Source: Amphiscolops sp. MND2022 (taxonomy: Eukaryota). From it: 64,000 nt of DNA. This document shows, piece by piece, positions 21,663 to 36,006 of this stretch (position 1 is its first letter; the number at the start of each line of letters is the position of its first letter). The stretch covers positions 16,678,001-16,742,000 of the forward strand of contig OZ076417.1 in the NCBI GenBank assembly GCA_964187785.1. Direction: 5' to 3'. The translations under genes and the position numbers were made by a program. The notes beneath the pieces are model-generated. The model saw only the letters and a program-made list of their open reading frames with translations, was not told the origin of the DNA and did not search any database.

Positions 21663-22960
21663 TTATTGTTTGACAACATGTTTTATGTATTTGGATTTGA
21701 ATTTATCCAAGTATCCATTCATCGGCCTTCTGAAAAAATATATCAACGAGTCAGTGAAAGTTGTGTGAAGTGAACAACTTCTGAAAAACTGAAAACTTTT
21801 TACTATTATGGAAGTTGTTGTCAATGAGTTGTGAACCAACATTGGCGGGTAGTGAACGAAAGTGAAAGAAGTCATTTTGCTCAAAAAGAATGTAGAAGAC
21901 GTTGTCAAATGTTTCAAACATTGAAAAGTATCATATTGTTCTAGAAGTAGGATTCTTGTTCTGTAGAAAAAAGATAGGTAAGAATGTATTAATAAAGATT
22001 TGTAGTGTAGAGTATCATGCATAATATAGCACTGAAACTAATTATTAGAGTATTGATGATTATTAGGCTACAGCTAAAGAATATAGTGGAATATGATGAA
22101 TATACGATTATGAGACTATATCTAAATAATATTAAGGTTTTAGATGATGATTAAATAAGTTCTATATCTAATGATTGATTATACTGTTAGTTTGAAACAG
22201 TTTGAAAATTGAACGTCAAGGAGTTCATGTTGAGAGGACTGCAAGAAAAATCTGCGAAGATGATGGAACTGTGAAGAAAGTCTAAGAAGGATGTCTGGGA
22301 AGATGAAAGAACTGCGAAGAAAGTCTGCGAAGATGAAGAGGCGATTACAAAAAGCCAGGTTGGAAGTTTTGAGTGTGAGTGGCAGGGTTGGGCTGAGTAG
22401 GGTGTTTTGACGGATCATAGGGAGCCAGTCGTTGGAAAAATCTAAAATCTTTGAGGACATCGTTAAAAGCATCAACAGCTTCTTGCACGGCGTGTAAGAA
22501 GTAAAAATTGTTCTTATCAAATGATGTATGAGATAAAACAAAGACTTTGTTAGATTTCGTTTCACACATAGCAACATTGGGTCTCGAAAGGTGAAGTCGA
22601 TAGTACTGTTCAAAAGGAATCTTTTTTGACGAAAGTATAAAGACATTATACATTATCTTGGAGAATGCGCGGCGGGTTGAAGGTGCAATTGTAATGTTGT
22701 TCAATTCATTTCCATCTTTCAAAGCAAGGGGTTTAAAGATAGCAGCTTTCAAAGAATGTGCATTGTATGAAGGAACAGTTGTGTTTGTTTGAGAAAAAGT
22801 TGATTTCATTATTGTTTTAGAATTCATTGTCGTTGTGGAGGAGGAAGGAACGACACGATTGAAGGAAATGACTGGGGCTGGACTGAAAGGTCCTTGCGAA
22901 GGGATGACAGAAGGAGGTTGAGTGGATATCAGAGAAGGAAGAACGGTTGTGGGAAGAACA
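21663..22960 (-). pseudogene. Element 2 post-env ORF5 (unknown function), fragmented
   Basis: ORF-track pieces 22345-22827 and 21663-22022. RPNVAM...TSFDKN matches RINVAM...TFDKN at ~60320-60390 of element 3. Confidence 0.55.
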
Positions 22961-23465
22961 GAAGTTTCTGAAAAAACGAAAATGTTTAAAAATGAACCTA
23001 AATATGGAGCTAGTTTTGTATCAAAGTTTGGGTGCTATATCGTAATGTATTATTAGTGAAAGTTTTGTTTGATATGGAAGTTAAAATTTGTATCATAGTT
23101 CAAGATTTCGGAGAGTAAATGATTTCAAAATTTGGCAAAATTAAAGGGCCAATAGTCAACATGTTATATATCAGAAAAATCGTATCTTACAAATTTGAAA
23201 TTCAAGGGTCCAGTAATTAAAGAAGTGTATGAATAGGAGTCAGAAGCGTTTTAAAAAGGTTACAAAAAGGTCAATGATTTTACCTGTATACAATATGGAG
23301 TGTACCATAAAAGGAAAGTGAGACATACCTGAGAGATGTTACATAGGATTGGAAAAAGCAATATTCAAATTTTCAAGTGTTTTTTGTATTGCTTTTGATG
23401 ATTGAGTAATTCGTTGTGAGTCACTGTCTAAAGATTGTAATCTTTTGAAAGTGTTGTCATAGCAT

Positions 23466-24904
23466 TCAAGAATGTCTGTCAGTGTTGTAAGTGAAGAATC
23501 CGGGGAATTCTTTTGTATGGATCAAGTTTGCAAGTGAGATGACAAAGAGTTCGTGATGTAAGAACATTGTTGAGTTTGACAGCGGTAGTTGTTGGTTGTT
23601 TTGGAGTGTATTGTTCAGGAGTAGTGTATTGTGTCTCAGATATGGCTTTTTCTGCCTTAACCAAGAAAGCGAATACTTTTGCAGAGACGAACAATAGTTC
23701 GTTATATGAGTATGATTGTTTTGATAACGCTGTATAATAAGATTTCTCTTTGTCGGTGAGAGGAGTCGAAACAAGATGTTTAATAACAGTGAGGGGTTTT
23801 GGTATGATAGTAGGAACGTTACATGGCAAGAGAAAGTCGTCAGAGTGTATCAGATATTCTTGAGGAACAATGATAGATCTTGATGTATCGTTATACGGCA
23901 AGAGACAAAAGTATTGTTTGATAGGATCATAGTTTCGTAAATAACCCGTTTTACGAGAGTGATCAATGGTGTACAAGTGTGTCATATTAAATGGTGATGT
24001 ATATTTGTAATTTACGAAAATGTAATTCTTTGGTTTTTGATGTTTGACAAATGTAGTGTGTGTGCTATGATGAGTTGCTTTTTGCGAAGATGAGACAAAA
24101 GAAGGGTCATTTTCATCAGTTTTGTGATCGTAGATAGTGGGTCTGAGAAAATTGAACTGCAGTGAGAAAATTTTAACATTATTGTCAAGTCAATAATGGT
24201 ATGGTGCCATTATTTTCGAAGCAATAGAAGTGAAGAAGTCTTGGTTTTTGTCATATAAATTGAAAGTGTAGTCAGTTGGGTGCATATAGAGAGATGTGAC
24301 TTGAGATCTGAATGTGAAATTTTCAGTTGATAGGATCGGAATGAGATAATCGTCTTTTTGTGTTGAAATTGAATCTTTTGGAGGTTGACTGGTGGATATA
24401 CTGGAAAAGTGAGAAAAATGGGATCTTTCATGATATCATATTTCTTTTTGATGGTGGAGGTGTTGATATAGATTGTTCAGTAGGTTTTTCATCAGTATCA
24501 GAAGATTTAGAAAGGATGTGGTTAGTGTCCATTTGTTCTGATTGATTATTTGTAGGTTCAATAGGACTGAGAAACAAAATCGGTGAGGTGTTACACAAAG
24601 GTGTGGTTGAAGGATCTGAGATGTTTGAAACGTTTTGTGAATCCAGTTGATTGAAGATCTAGCTGAGTTTGAGTCATATTGAAATCTACTAACGAGTAGC
24701 TTTATCTTGTGTTGAAGGAGCGGTTTGAGATTGAGATACAACACGAACTTTGATTATTGGTTGATTTGGACGCATTATAGAAATTTCAATTGAGGAATCA
24801 ATTTTGTTAGAAATCACGAAGTGGTTTTTGAAGAAGAAAGAAGTTTCGTAGAGTTTTCGTTTTTCAAGTATAAAAGGCGTTCTGTAGATACTTGATTTTC
24901 GCAA
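23466..24904 (-). pseudogene. Element 2 post-env ORF4 (unknown function), fragmented
   Basis: KDPIF..PVYPPVNLQKI, FSLQFNFLRPT and RNYDPIKQYFCLLPYND match GDPVF..ILPPTSNPQKI, FQFQFNLLKPT and RTYNPIKPYYILSPYHD in element 3. Confidence 0.65.
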
Positions 24905-25434
24905 GCGAAGAAGGATGTTTTATAGATATTTATTGTTCAAGTGGAGAGAGGCGTTTTGTAGATATTTATTTTTCAAGTCAGAGTTAGAGTGGTAGCCAAC
25001 TGGTGTAAAGTGAAGAAAAGTGCTGAATGACCGATGTTAAAAAGATGATGGAAACGAATAATTCGTTTTTGAATAAACATTGACCGGCGTTTCTGCTTCA
25101 GCGTTGTCAGATTTGGAAGTTACATTTGTATAATGGGGTAATGAAGGATGTGTCATAGATGGTGTTACTTGTTTTGAGTTGTCAATAGTGATTGTATTAT
25201 AGAATTTACGTTTTGGAAGGAATTTAAGTTTTGACATTTTGGGTAATTTACGTGTAGGACGTTTATTATAAAACAGAGGTGGAGATGTAATCCCGTTTAA
25301 GTTTTGTGAATCGGTATTTTGATTTGGAGAAAGTTGTAGATTGTCAGAAGGATAATCTGAATTGACGGATGTTTCGTCGAAAGGGTTTCCAGTAATGGTT
25401 GACAGAGAAATTTTGGAAGAAGTTTTGTTCGGAC

Positions 25435-27900
25435 CTAATGCTCTTTTTTAGAAGGAGCGTCTTTTAGTAGGTCATTGATCATGTCAGGTGTAAGAATGTT
25501 AGAAAAACCATGTGCAATAGAACTAAAAAAGGTTATATTTTGTTCTAAATTAATTTTGATGGAAATTGTTTTGAAAACTTTGATAGGAAGTGTTACAAAT
25601 GCTTGTATGAAAAGGAATGTGGAGAAATATATTCCACATTGTGTAAGAATGTAGCATGGATAACCAAATAGGGTTATGATTTCATCAGCAAACCATGATT
25701 GTGTAAAAAGAGGAGTAAGATTTAAGAGTTTGTCATGTAGTCCAATACGAGGTGTGTTATATGGATTTGTTTGAGAAATGTGTGTATCAGAGTAGTCTGA
25801 AGTATTGGAAGAAATGAATGAATAACTAAGAGTTTTTCCAAGTAATTGAAGTGTTTCATCAGAATGTTTTGAAAAGAGAATTCTGTTCCAAAATTGATCT
25901 AGTACTGCATTTGAAAATATACCAGCATCTTGAGCTGTAAATGTAATTGGGCGTATTGTAGTTTTGATTTCATTAGGAGTAAACATAAGAGGAGGTTTGC
26001 GTTTTATAGGTTCTGGGCAAAGAATATAAAAGTCTTGGTCATCAGTATCAGGGTCAAGTTCTGTAATGTTTCGTGGGTTACTTTCACAAGGCATAGGAGT
26101 AGCATAGTCATATGTTTGTCTTGTAATAGGATCTAAATACATGAGAGTGTCTTTGTAGTGCATAGGAATTCTATCAAAGCAACGATCTGCTTTGTATAAA
26201 GGTGCTAAAGTGTGAGGACAGTCATTAATCCAAGCTGTAGAGCCTCCGACATAGAGGAAGTTACTTCGATTACCCGTTAGGAGGAATCCTGCGAGTTGAG
26301 GGTTTTGTACTACATAGCAAGTATTGTAAGGAGTTGATTACGTTCCAATTCACAGATAGTATGAAGTGTATTTAATTCTTGTACAGTCATCGACCAAAAG
26401 ACATGGTTGATAGTGTAATCTATTTCAGTTTTAATATGAGCATCATAGTTAATGGTTGCAAAGTGGTTAGATACATTCAATGCTGGAAAACATAGTGTTT
26501 TGTTGAAGAGTCCAATACTATTTTACCAGAGACTTATTCAATTATTATAGATTGAGGGTTAGGTTGTCCTGTATGCATGTTGAAACCTTCTCGATAAGTA
26601 ACAAAAAGATCTGAATATTGTGGAATATAAAGAGGTTCAGGTTTGCCACAAAATGTTTGAGTGTGTGGAAAGAGTTCAAAACCTGAGAGGCTTGGGTTAT
26701 GTGGGTTTTGTGTATGAGGTGCATGAATGTACGGAAAGGAAGTGCCTTCATTCCAGAAGACGTATCAGTTTTATTTGGTAATGAAGAGTGAATAAAAGAG
26801 TCAATTTCAATCCAATATCTATCATCTATTTTAGTCATGCGTCCAACAAAGTCTTGTAGTGTGAAGAATAAACAAAAATCGTCACAAAACCAGACAAGTG
26901 TAAAGGCGTTTTGGTAGTAGATGTACAAAAACCATCGGCAAAGTAACATGGGAGAGCGTGACCATCTATTACCATGAGGTTTTCTGTATTATCATTTGTA
27001 AGTTTTACTTCAGAGACGGAGAGTCTCCAACTAACTAGATTCACTTCAAATTGGTGATGTGCTGGACAATTGTGAAAAGGGTTGTTTTTTGGGTCATAAA
27101 TCCGAGTCTTATCGTCGGGCATATAGGTGAATGTACCAGTATACATTATATTAAAGTTATAGACTGTAAAAGGAGTTTGATTTTGTTTAAGTTTCTCTTA
27201 GAAGTAATGATCTTCTAAGAGTGTAAAAGTACGGTTATAATTAAAGTTGTTTAATATTTTATTATTTGTACCATTAAGGTGTCTCATAAGATTTTTACAT
27301 CCTAATGGATAAAGAGTGATAGGAAGAGGTAATGTATTGTGGTTCCATACGGTTCGGCCAACACGTCTGTATTTAACTGAGCCTTGAAAACTTTTTTTTT
27401 CTTTCTGAGCATAAGCTTCACACCTGAAAGCTTTAACGCGTTTAGTTTTAGCTCGAACATAAACTCGGGCTCGAACATTAGCATTTTGAATGTTTGAAGG
27501 AGCTTCAGTACATGGTTTTACATTTAGTAAATTGAATTGTCTCAAATTATGTTGTTTTTCATAATCATAGTGGTAACCCATAAGATTTGTAAGATTTGGA
27601 TCATCTGGAGGAAGATAATTATCTGTATCCGTAAGTTCAATAGGTATTGTATGAGTATATAAAGTGTTACAAAAGAGGGTGTAAAATATTATTTGTTCAT
27701 AGTTTGTGAACATATATGATTTAGAAAGATGTAGAGTATTTGAGGCCTGAATAAGGGTTGTAAAACATGATTTGCCATAAATTAAATCTGGAAGAGTAGG
27801 ATCTTCATTAAAATCTACGTATGTGTCTATGAAACGAGCAGGTGTAGTTTTGTGTTCAAATTTCAATTCTAGGCTTGGATGTTGAAGTCTTTTCGGTTCA
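25435..27900 (-). pseudogene. env: Element 2 env: class III fusion-protein-like (herpes gB / chuvirus G-like) glycoprotein, fragmented
   Basis: YHYDY..HNLRQFNLLNVKPC; CPAHH; LPCYFADGFC; GNRSNFLYVGGSTAWINDC; CFDRIPMHYKDTLMYLDPITRQ....PC. N-glycosylation sequons (NGT, NRT). C-terminal hydrophobic segment FGYPCYILTQCGIYFSTFLFIQAFV. Family call is from remembered motif spacing. Confidence 0.7.
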
Positions 27901-28359
27901 AGTTCTTTTCGTTTTTCAGAAAGTGTATCGTTGTTGTGTATAAAACGTTCTGCAAGAAGTGTAAAACGAGGATCAAATCTGGGTTCGTGACTCCATCAAC
28001 ACGTAATGGATAGTCAGCAAAATTAGGAGTAGGTGGTCTAGAGTTATCAACTGTGAAATATTCTGGAAGGCGTACTGTAGGTTGTACAGGAGTAGGTACT
28101 AAAACTTCGGAGATACGTTACCAGATAAATATGCGGTTTGTACGTCAGATGATATTAAAGATGCAGTGTCAACACCAGATGTAAAATAGGATTGTGGAAT
28201 AAATTCAGAAGAGTGTGTTTTAGAAGGTTGTGGTTGAGCGTGTTGTCTTAAAAGGCGAGAAGCTGAACTACTGGATAGTGCATTAAATTTGAGAGTAGAT
28301 GTATCAGAACTGAGTCTTCGATTAGGTAGAGGACGAAGATTATTTCGATGATGTGGTTT

Positions 28360-31300
28360 AAATATTGTACTATTTGAGTCTTGCGATGGTTTATATCCTT
28401 GTGTTGAATCGTTGTCTAATAAGTTTGATAGGGAGGTAGAAAGTTTTTTGAGTGGTTTGAGAGTAGGATATATTTGTGATGTTGTTCTTGATTCAAGATC
28501 TGTATTATAAGTTGTTTTTGGTTTCTGTACTATATCGAGTTGAGGTGGAAGAAGTCTAGCTGTTTCGATAGCTGTTCCAAGTTTTTGTGGTTTATAATCT
28601 ATGTATTTTGCAACAAAATCTGAGTTTGGTATATGAACCAGAGGAGTCTGGATGGGTGATGAACGAGAGTGAGATGGTGGAGTTATAGGTATTTCACTTA
28701 TAGGAGGTCGATTTGTACTAGAAGATGTTCTAGAGCTTACGGTTGAAGATGTATCAATAATAATAAAATTATTGTAAGTTGTGTAAATACAATACGTGGG
28801 TGAGTTGTTAAAGAGAAGAGTTGTTGAGAAGTGGAACTGGTTATACTTGGTGCAGATGGAGATGTATCAGAAGACGAATCCAGGTTGTCACAATTTAAGT
28901 ATTTACTATTTGTTCTACTTTTGGATTTCTGTTCAGAGTTTTTTTCTTCAGAACTGAGCCTGATGAGGGTTACTGTTTTAATCTTTCTGAAAGTTATGAG
29001 TGATTAGTGGTTCAAAATTTTGGAGGGTGAAAAGAAAAGTCTATAATCTTTTCGTGGTTGATGTTTTATTCTATAAGGAGATTCAAGATGTGTATTTTGA
29101 GATGTATCAATGGATAAAGGAAGAGATGAGCTGTCAGTAGGCTGACGAATACGAGTACGAGATAGATTAGTGTCAAGAGTTTTGTTAATGGTATTATAGG
29201 ATGTAGTGTCATTTAAGGAAGTATCAGGATTATAAGGATGAGTGGTATTAGAGGGTTCATCCTCATCGGATGATGAAGTGTCAGAAAGAAATGAAGCTGA
29301 ATCACTATTTGCATATTTGTACATCAACAAGTCAATTAGTCCAAGGGGAATAAGGTGTTCGAGGAGAGTGTCTAATCCCCATAAGTGTACAAAGATGTGC
29401 CATATCAGTGTAAATATATTCTGATCCACGATCAGTGACAAGGTATATGGGTGGACCAAATTTGACAATCCAGTGATGTAAAAGGGTTTTAACTGCCGTT
29501 TTAGCATTGTTTGATTGAATAAGGACTGGTACTACAAATTGACTATAAGCATCAACAATGACGTGTATAAAGGATTTGTTTTGTGTTTTGTGAAGAAGGA
29601 GTAATAGGACCTTCGGTATCCATTGATATACGATAGTTGAAAGAGGGAGCGTGTTCCTAAAACGATTTTAGAGGAGCAGTATTAACTTTCATATTGAAGT
29701 GTTTGTTGAGTTGACATTCAAGACAGTCATGTATGAAAATGGATAACCATTTTTCAAGGAGTGGAATATTATAGTATTGCGAAAACGAATTATAGGTAAC
29801 TTTAGTGCCATTATGACAATGAGCGTGAAGTTTGTTGAAAGCTGTATTGAAAAGTCTAAAAGGAAGGCAAATCCTGACATTACTATAAACTAAGGGTGGA
29901 GTTGTATTTGATTGTGTATCAAAAGAGGATTTGTTTTTTTGTATATAAACTTATGAGATTTGTGCCTTCGTCAATGAAAAGTTGAGAAAAGATTTTGTAG
30001 TATGCATGTAAGAAAGGAGAATCATGTATTAAAGGTGTAGGTTTAGTGTTGTGACGTATCCAGTGATATACTGTTTTTAAAACAGGGTCTTGTGTTTGTT
30101 AAAGTTGTAATGTATGTAGGTCAACTGAAAAAACATCTGGTGGAAAGAAACCTTGAGAATTGTTTTTGTATTTAAAGAAGGAAGGGTCATAGAAGGGTAA
30201 TATTTGAGACGTGTGTGTAGAAAGTTTAATAGGTTCAGTTGTATCAATAACAGAAGTTGATAATGAAGATGGTTCTTGTTTTGTGATGGTAGAAGAACTG
30301 TTAGAACGTGGAAGAGTTGGTGTTTGATTTGTATCATTGTTTTGATTAGTAAAAGAAAATGTAACAGACTTTGGGATATAAATATTGTACTATTTGAGTC
30401 TTGCGATGGTTTATATCCTTGTGTTGAATCGTTGTCTAATAAGTTTGATAGGGAGGTAGAAAGTTTTTCGAGTGGTTTGAGAGTAGGATATATTTGTGAT
30501 GTTGTTCTTGATTCAAGATCTGTATTATAAGTTGTTTTTGGTTTCTGTACTATATCGAGTTGAGGTGGAAGTAGTCTAGCTGTTTCGATAGCTGTTCCAA
30601 GTTTTTGTGGTTTATAATCTATGTATTTTGCAACAGAATCTGAGTTTGGTATATGAACCAGAGGAGTCTGGATGGGTGATGAACGAGAGTGAGATGGTGG
30701 AGTTATAGGTATTTCACTTATTGGAGGTCGATTTGTACTAGAAGATGTTCTAGAGCTTACGGATGAAAATTTATCAAAAATAATAAAATTACTGTAAGTT
30801 GTGTAAATACAATACGTGGGTGAGTTGTTAAAATTGTTTGAGAAGTGGAACTGGTTATACTTGGTGCAGATGGAGATGTATCAGGAGACGAATCCAGGTT
30901 GTCACAATTTAAGTATTTACTATTTGTTCTACTTTTGGATTTCTGTTCAGAGTTTTATTCTTCAGAACTGAGCCTGATGAGGGTTACTGTTTTAATCTTT
31001 CTGAAAGTTATGAGTGATTAGTGGTTCAAAATTTTGGAGGGTGAAAGGGAAAGTCTATAATCTTTTCGTCGTTGATGTCTTAATCTATAAGGAGATTCAA
31101 GATGTCTATTTTGAGATGTATCAATGGATAAAGGAAGAGATGAGCTGTCAGTAGGCTGACGAATACGAGTACGAGATAGATTAGTGTCAAGAGTTTTGTT
31201 AATGGTATTATAGGATGAAGTGTCATTTAAGAAAGTATCAAGATTATAAGGTTGAGTGGTATTAGAGGGTTCATCCTCATCGGATGATGAAGTGTCAGAA

Positions 31301-33080
31301 AGAAATGAAGCTGAATCACTATTTGCATATATAACGAGTTTAGGAATGTCTGTATTGATAGAGTCTGAAAATCGCATAAAATTACGAAGATGTGGGTATA
31401 AGAGTGGTTCTTTTGGATTATAAGGTATCAAATGGTTTCGATTAATATGAAATGTGCTACCGTCGTGTGATAAAAGTTCAAACGTTACATCTAAAACGCA
31501 ATCCAATGTTTTGTAAGGACCAATACGGAGAGTTTTAAGTTTGTCTGAAAAGTGAACATGCGTGAAATTACGTTTCAGAACAAAGGTACCAAGTGCCAGA
31601 GGTTTACCGTCATGGTAAGTTTTGATGTATGCTTGAGAGTTGAGTTTTTTCATAGTATAGTTATGTACAATAGAATAAATTTGTAACATAAAGGTTTCAG
31701 CTGCAAGGAACCATTGTGGAATAGGTTTTGAAAGTGTTTTGTAAAAAAAATGGGTTTAGGTCAGTTTTGTCATAATGAGAATGTTCTGGTAATTGGGAGC
31801 AATATTGTGATATACATGTGTTATTTTTGTTACGACTAAGATTCAAATCGGATGTTAGAGGAATTCGAGGCCTTATATGAAAGACCAATTCATGGGGTGA
31901 AACATTGAGTGCTGAAGGGGGTTGTGAATTGTGTGCAAAAGCGTACATATGAACTTGATGTGCCCAATCCTTGGGAGTGTTTTGTAAAAACATACGAATA
32001 TGTGTACCAAGGTTTTTGTTCTGTACTTCAACGAGTCAATTAGTCCAAGGGGAATAAGGTGTTCGAGGAGAGTGTCTAATACCCATAAGTGTACAAAGAT
32101 GTGCCATATCAGTGTAAATATATTCTGATCCACGATCAGTGACAAGGTATATAGGTGGACCAAATTTGACAAACCAGTGATGTAAAAGGGTTTTAACTGC
32201 CGTTTTAGCATTGTTTGATTTAATAAGGACTGGTACGACAAATTGACTATAAGCATCAACAATGACGTGTATAAAGGATTTGTTTTGTGTTTTGTGAAGA
32301 AGGAGTAATAGGACCTTCGGTATCCATTGATATACGATAGTTGAAAGAGGGAGCGTGTTCTTGAAAAGATTTTAGAGGAGCAGTATTAGTTTTCATATTG
32401 AAGTGTTTGTTGCGTTGACACTCAAGACTGTCATGTATGAAAATGGATAACCATTTTTCAAGGAGTGCAATATTATAGTATTGCGAAAAAGAATTATAGG
32501 TAATTTTAGTGCCATTATGACAATGAGCGTGAAGTTTGTTGAAAGCTGTATTGAAAAGTCTAAAAGGAAGGCAAATCCTGACATTACTATAAACTAAAGG
32601 TGGAGTTGTATTTGATTGTGTATCAAAAGAGGATTTGTTTTTTGTATATAAACTTATGAGATTTGTGCCTTCATCAATGAAAAGTTGAGAAAAGATTTTG
32701 TAGTATGCATGTAAGAAAGGAGAACCATGTATCAAAGGTGTAGGTTTAGTGTTGTGACGTATCCAGTGATATACTGTTTTTGAAACAGGGTCTTGTGCTT
32801 GTTGAAGTTGTAAAGTATGTAGGTCAACTGAAAAATCATCTGGTGGAAAGAAACCTTGAAAATTGTTTTTGTATTTAAAGAAGGAAGGGTCATAGAAAGG
32901 TAATATTTGAAACGTGTGTGTAGAAAGTTTAATAGGTTCAGTTGTATCAATAACAGAAGTTGATAATGAAGATGGTTCTTGTTTTGTGATGGTAGAAGAA
33001 CTGTTAGAAAGTGGAAGAGTGGGTGTTCGATTTGTATCATTGTTTTGATTAGTAAAAGAAAATGTAACAGACTTTGGGAT
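28360..33080 (-). repeat. Internal tandem duplication in element 2: 28360-30378 copies 30379-33080 but lacks ~690 bp (~31330-32022)
   Basis: aatattgtactatttgagtc occurs at 28361 and 30380. Duplicated ORF-track entries (29004/31018, 29689/32393, 30077/32732). Chimeric ORF 29004-29507 spans the deletion junction near 29318. Confidence 0.92.
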
Positions 33081-36006
33081 ACGAATGTATATATGGTCAT
33101 CATCATCACTAGTGTCATCAGTATCATTAAGGAGTAAAACTTGTTTATGTAAGGATTTGTTATGTTTTCTGCAAGTGTTTCATATTTGTTTTGAAACGGA
33201 GTTAAAAATTTGAACAAAAATGAGTCTAAAGGTTTGACAATAATGTCATTGCCTTTGTCATTTATACGGATAGAGAGTTGATCTGTTCCATAATCAGCAA
33301 GAATAGGGTGAGAATCATGTTTTTGACGTGGTAATTTTTCTTCGTGTTGTATTAAGTAGTGAACAGGTGTTAAAGAGTTGTTTTGTAATATAGCAAAATC
33401 TATTTGAGGTGGTAGTTGTTTTTGTTTGAGTTGACTCACTTGGAGTTCAGTTTTTGTATACGAACGACTAAGCATGTCTGCAACAGACGAATTTTTACCT
33501 GGGGTGTGAATAATTTTTAATTTCGAAAACTTTGTGAGTTGCATTTGAGCACGATAAAAACGTGGACTGAGATTTCCTTTTTTCGTGAAACAATGTAATA
33601 AAGGTTTGTGATCAGTGAATATGTGTATTGGATGTGAAGATCCAATGATAAGGAATTCATAGATTTGAAGAGCAGGTACTATATCAAAGAGTTCACGATC
33701 TAATGTAGAGAGTTTTTGTTCTTGTGGATTAAGTTTCCGAGAATTGTAAGAAATAGCTTTCATTTTATTATTGTCATTAAGTTGGAAAAGGACAGCGCCT
33801 AGTCCGATTAAGGAAGCATCAACTGTAATGAAAAAACGATGTTTTGAATTAGGTATTGTAAGTTCGGTATCAGAAGTAAGAGCGTTTTTTAGTTTGTGAA
33901 AAAGTGTTTCATGTTCAGTAGTCCAGTAGTTCAGTAGTCCATGGAGTATTTTCATGTCGTAAGTCATAGAAAGGTTTAAGATTGATGTGGAGTTTTTCAA
34001 TGAAATTGGAATAAAATTTAAGTGCACCTATGAAACTCATAAGGGCAACTTTACTAGTAGGAGAGGGAATTTTATGAATTGCATCAACTTTAGAGTGCAT
34101 AGGTTTGATTGTATTATAACCAATTTCATGTCCAAGAAATCTAACTTTGAGTAACATGAAAAATGATTTCTCAGGAGCTAGTTTCAAATTATGTTTTGTA
34201 CTGATAAGGTAAAATTGATCAATCAGTTGGAACATATGTTCTTTAGAGTTAGAAAGTAATAGAATGTCGTCAATATAAATGAAGCCTTGTTCTATAAGAG
34301 TTTTAAAGAAGGAAGACATTTGTTTTGTAAAGTAGTTTGGGAGTCCTTTAAGTCCATGAAAACCTCTAACAAAAGCGAAGAGCTAATCACCTGACGAAAA
34401 ACTAGTAATTTTTATGGTTTCTTCATCGAGAGGAGTGTGAGCATACGCATACATTAGGTCTATAGCAGATTTGTACTTTTTATTTGCACGCGCTAAGTGC
34501 GGAGCAAGTGGTTCTATAGGCCAAGATTCATCAAAGTGTTCTGTATTAGAACTTAGGTGTCTGGCGTCTAAAACACATTTGATAGAGTCACCTTTGGGTA
34601 TAATAATGAGGGGGTTTAGGTAAGTTGTACCATAGTTAGGTTTATCTTCAGGAGAAGAGCCAATTTGTTTAATGATGTTATGTTTTTCTAGTTCATTAAG
34701 TAAGTTATTGAGTTTTTCTCGGTAATGAATAGGTACTTTAGAAAGACGTTGTGTAAGAAGTTGAGCATTTTGCTTTAATCGTATTCTAAAAGGAGTAGCA
34801 ATTTTGCCAACATCGTTTTTATGTGTAGCATAGCAATTTTTGTGTTTAAGTAATCAGTTACACAATGTTGCATATTGTGTATCAGAAGGTCAGAAAAGTG
34901 GAAGTTGAATTTGTTTATAATTTTAAGGTTGTCTTTTGAATACGGTAATGTAGGAAAAGTGCGAGACTTTGATCTGTCAGAAGTGGAATGAACATTGTAT
35001 ATATTGGAATGAGGTGTATCATGTATTGGAGGAGATGTCATGTATATTTGATGTTATGAAAAGTGATTTGATGAAGAGGGTATATCTTTTGTAGACGTAT
35101 TATATTTAAAAGATGGAATTGGTTCAGTTATATCTGGATGATAGGTAAGAGCTACATTGTGTACAAGGGAGTTTATGTCGTTAACTTGATAGTATTTGGG
35201 TTGTTCATTTGTAATTGGTACTTCTATAAATCCAATATGTCCTTTTGGAAGTGTTGCAATATGGTTTGTAGAGTTTTGAATAATTGTAGAACAAATATCA
35301 GGTTTGTCAGTGAAAACTTCATTGAAACTGAAAATTGTACAAAATTTAGAGGAGACTTACGTATGTGGTATCGTTGGAAAGAATTGGTTCTTGGGAGTTG
35401 TAGCAAAGTGAAGGTTATAATAGTTCTTTTTAGAAAGTGAGCAATTTTTGAAGAGTTTGGATTTAAACGTATTTGTGTTTTAGAATTAATTCGGTATATG
35501 TATGAGAAATATGGATAGTCTTTGGAAAGTAGAGACGTGAATTTAGTGGTATACGGTCGATCTTTGGATTAATGTTTGAATTATAATGTAAATTCTTGAA
35601 TATTGATGTTCTGTATATATTCTTCAAAGAATGGAGTTCCACGAATGTTATATTTGATGTCTGCACCAGCAGAAGGGATAATAAACTGTCAAGAGTTGTG
35701 TTCAAAAGCTGTATTTAAGGTAGCAGTTATATAGTGTAATATAGGAACTTCAGTTTGATTTGCAACAGTTAATGTTTTTGATGTATGATTTGTTTTATCA
35801 TTACATGTGATATTGAGGCGTTTTGCCATTGTAAGATAGGTAGGATAATTGAGTACTGAAAAGGAAGCACCGCTGTCTAACACAAATGAGATTTCTAATC
35901 TTGAAGGATGATCATTGTCATTTTGTTTTTCAGGAGTTTGTAAAAACAGAGAGTAGAACCAACTTGTAGGTTTTAAAGCATTAGCCATTTCTGTAGGATG
36001 GTACAT
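31018..36006 (-). pseudogene. pol: Element 2 pol (PR-RT-RH-IN), multiple stops and frameshifts
   Basis: PR VLDSGAS (~35860); RT IYIDDILL (~34270); RH ITVDAS, TDHKPL, ADMLSR; IN HAHCH...CQ, ISMDTEGP. Confidence 0.93.
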
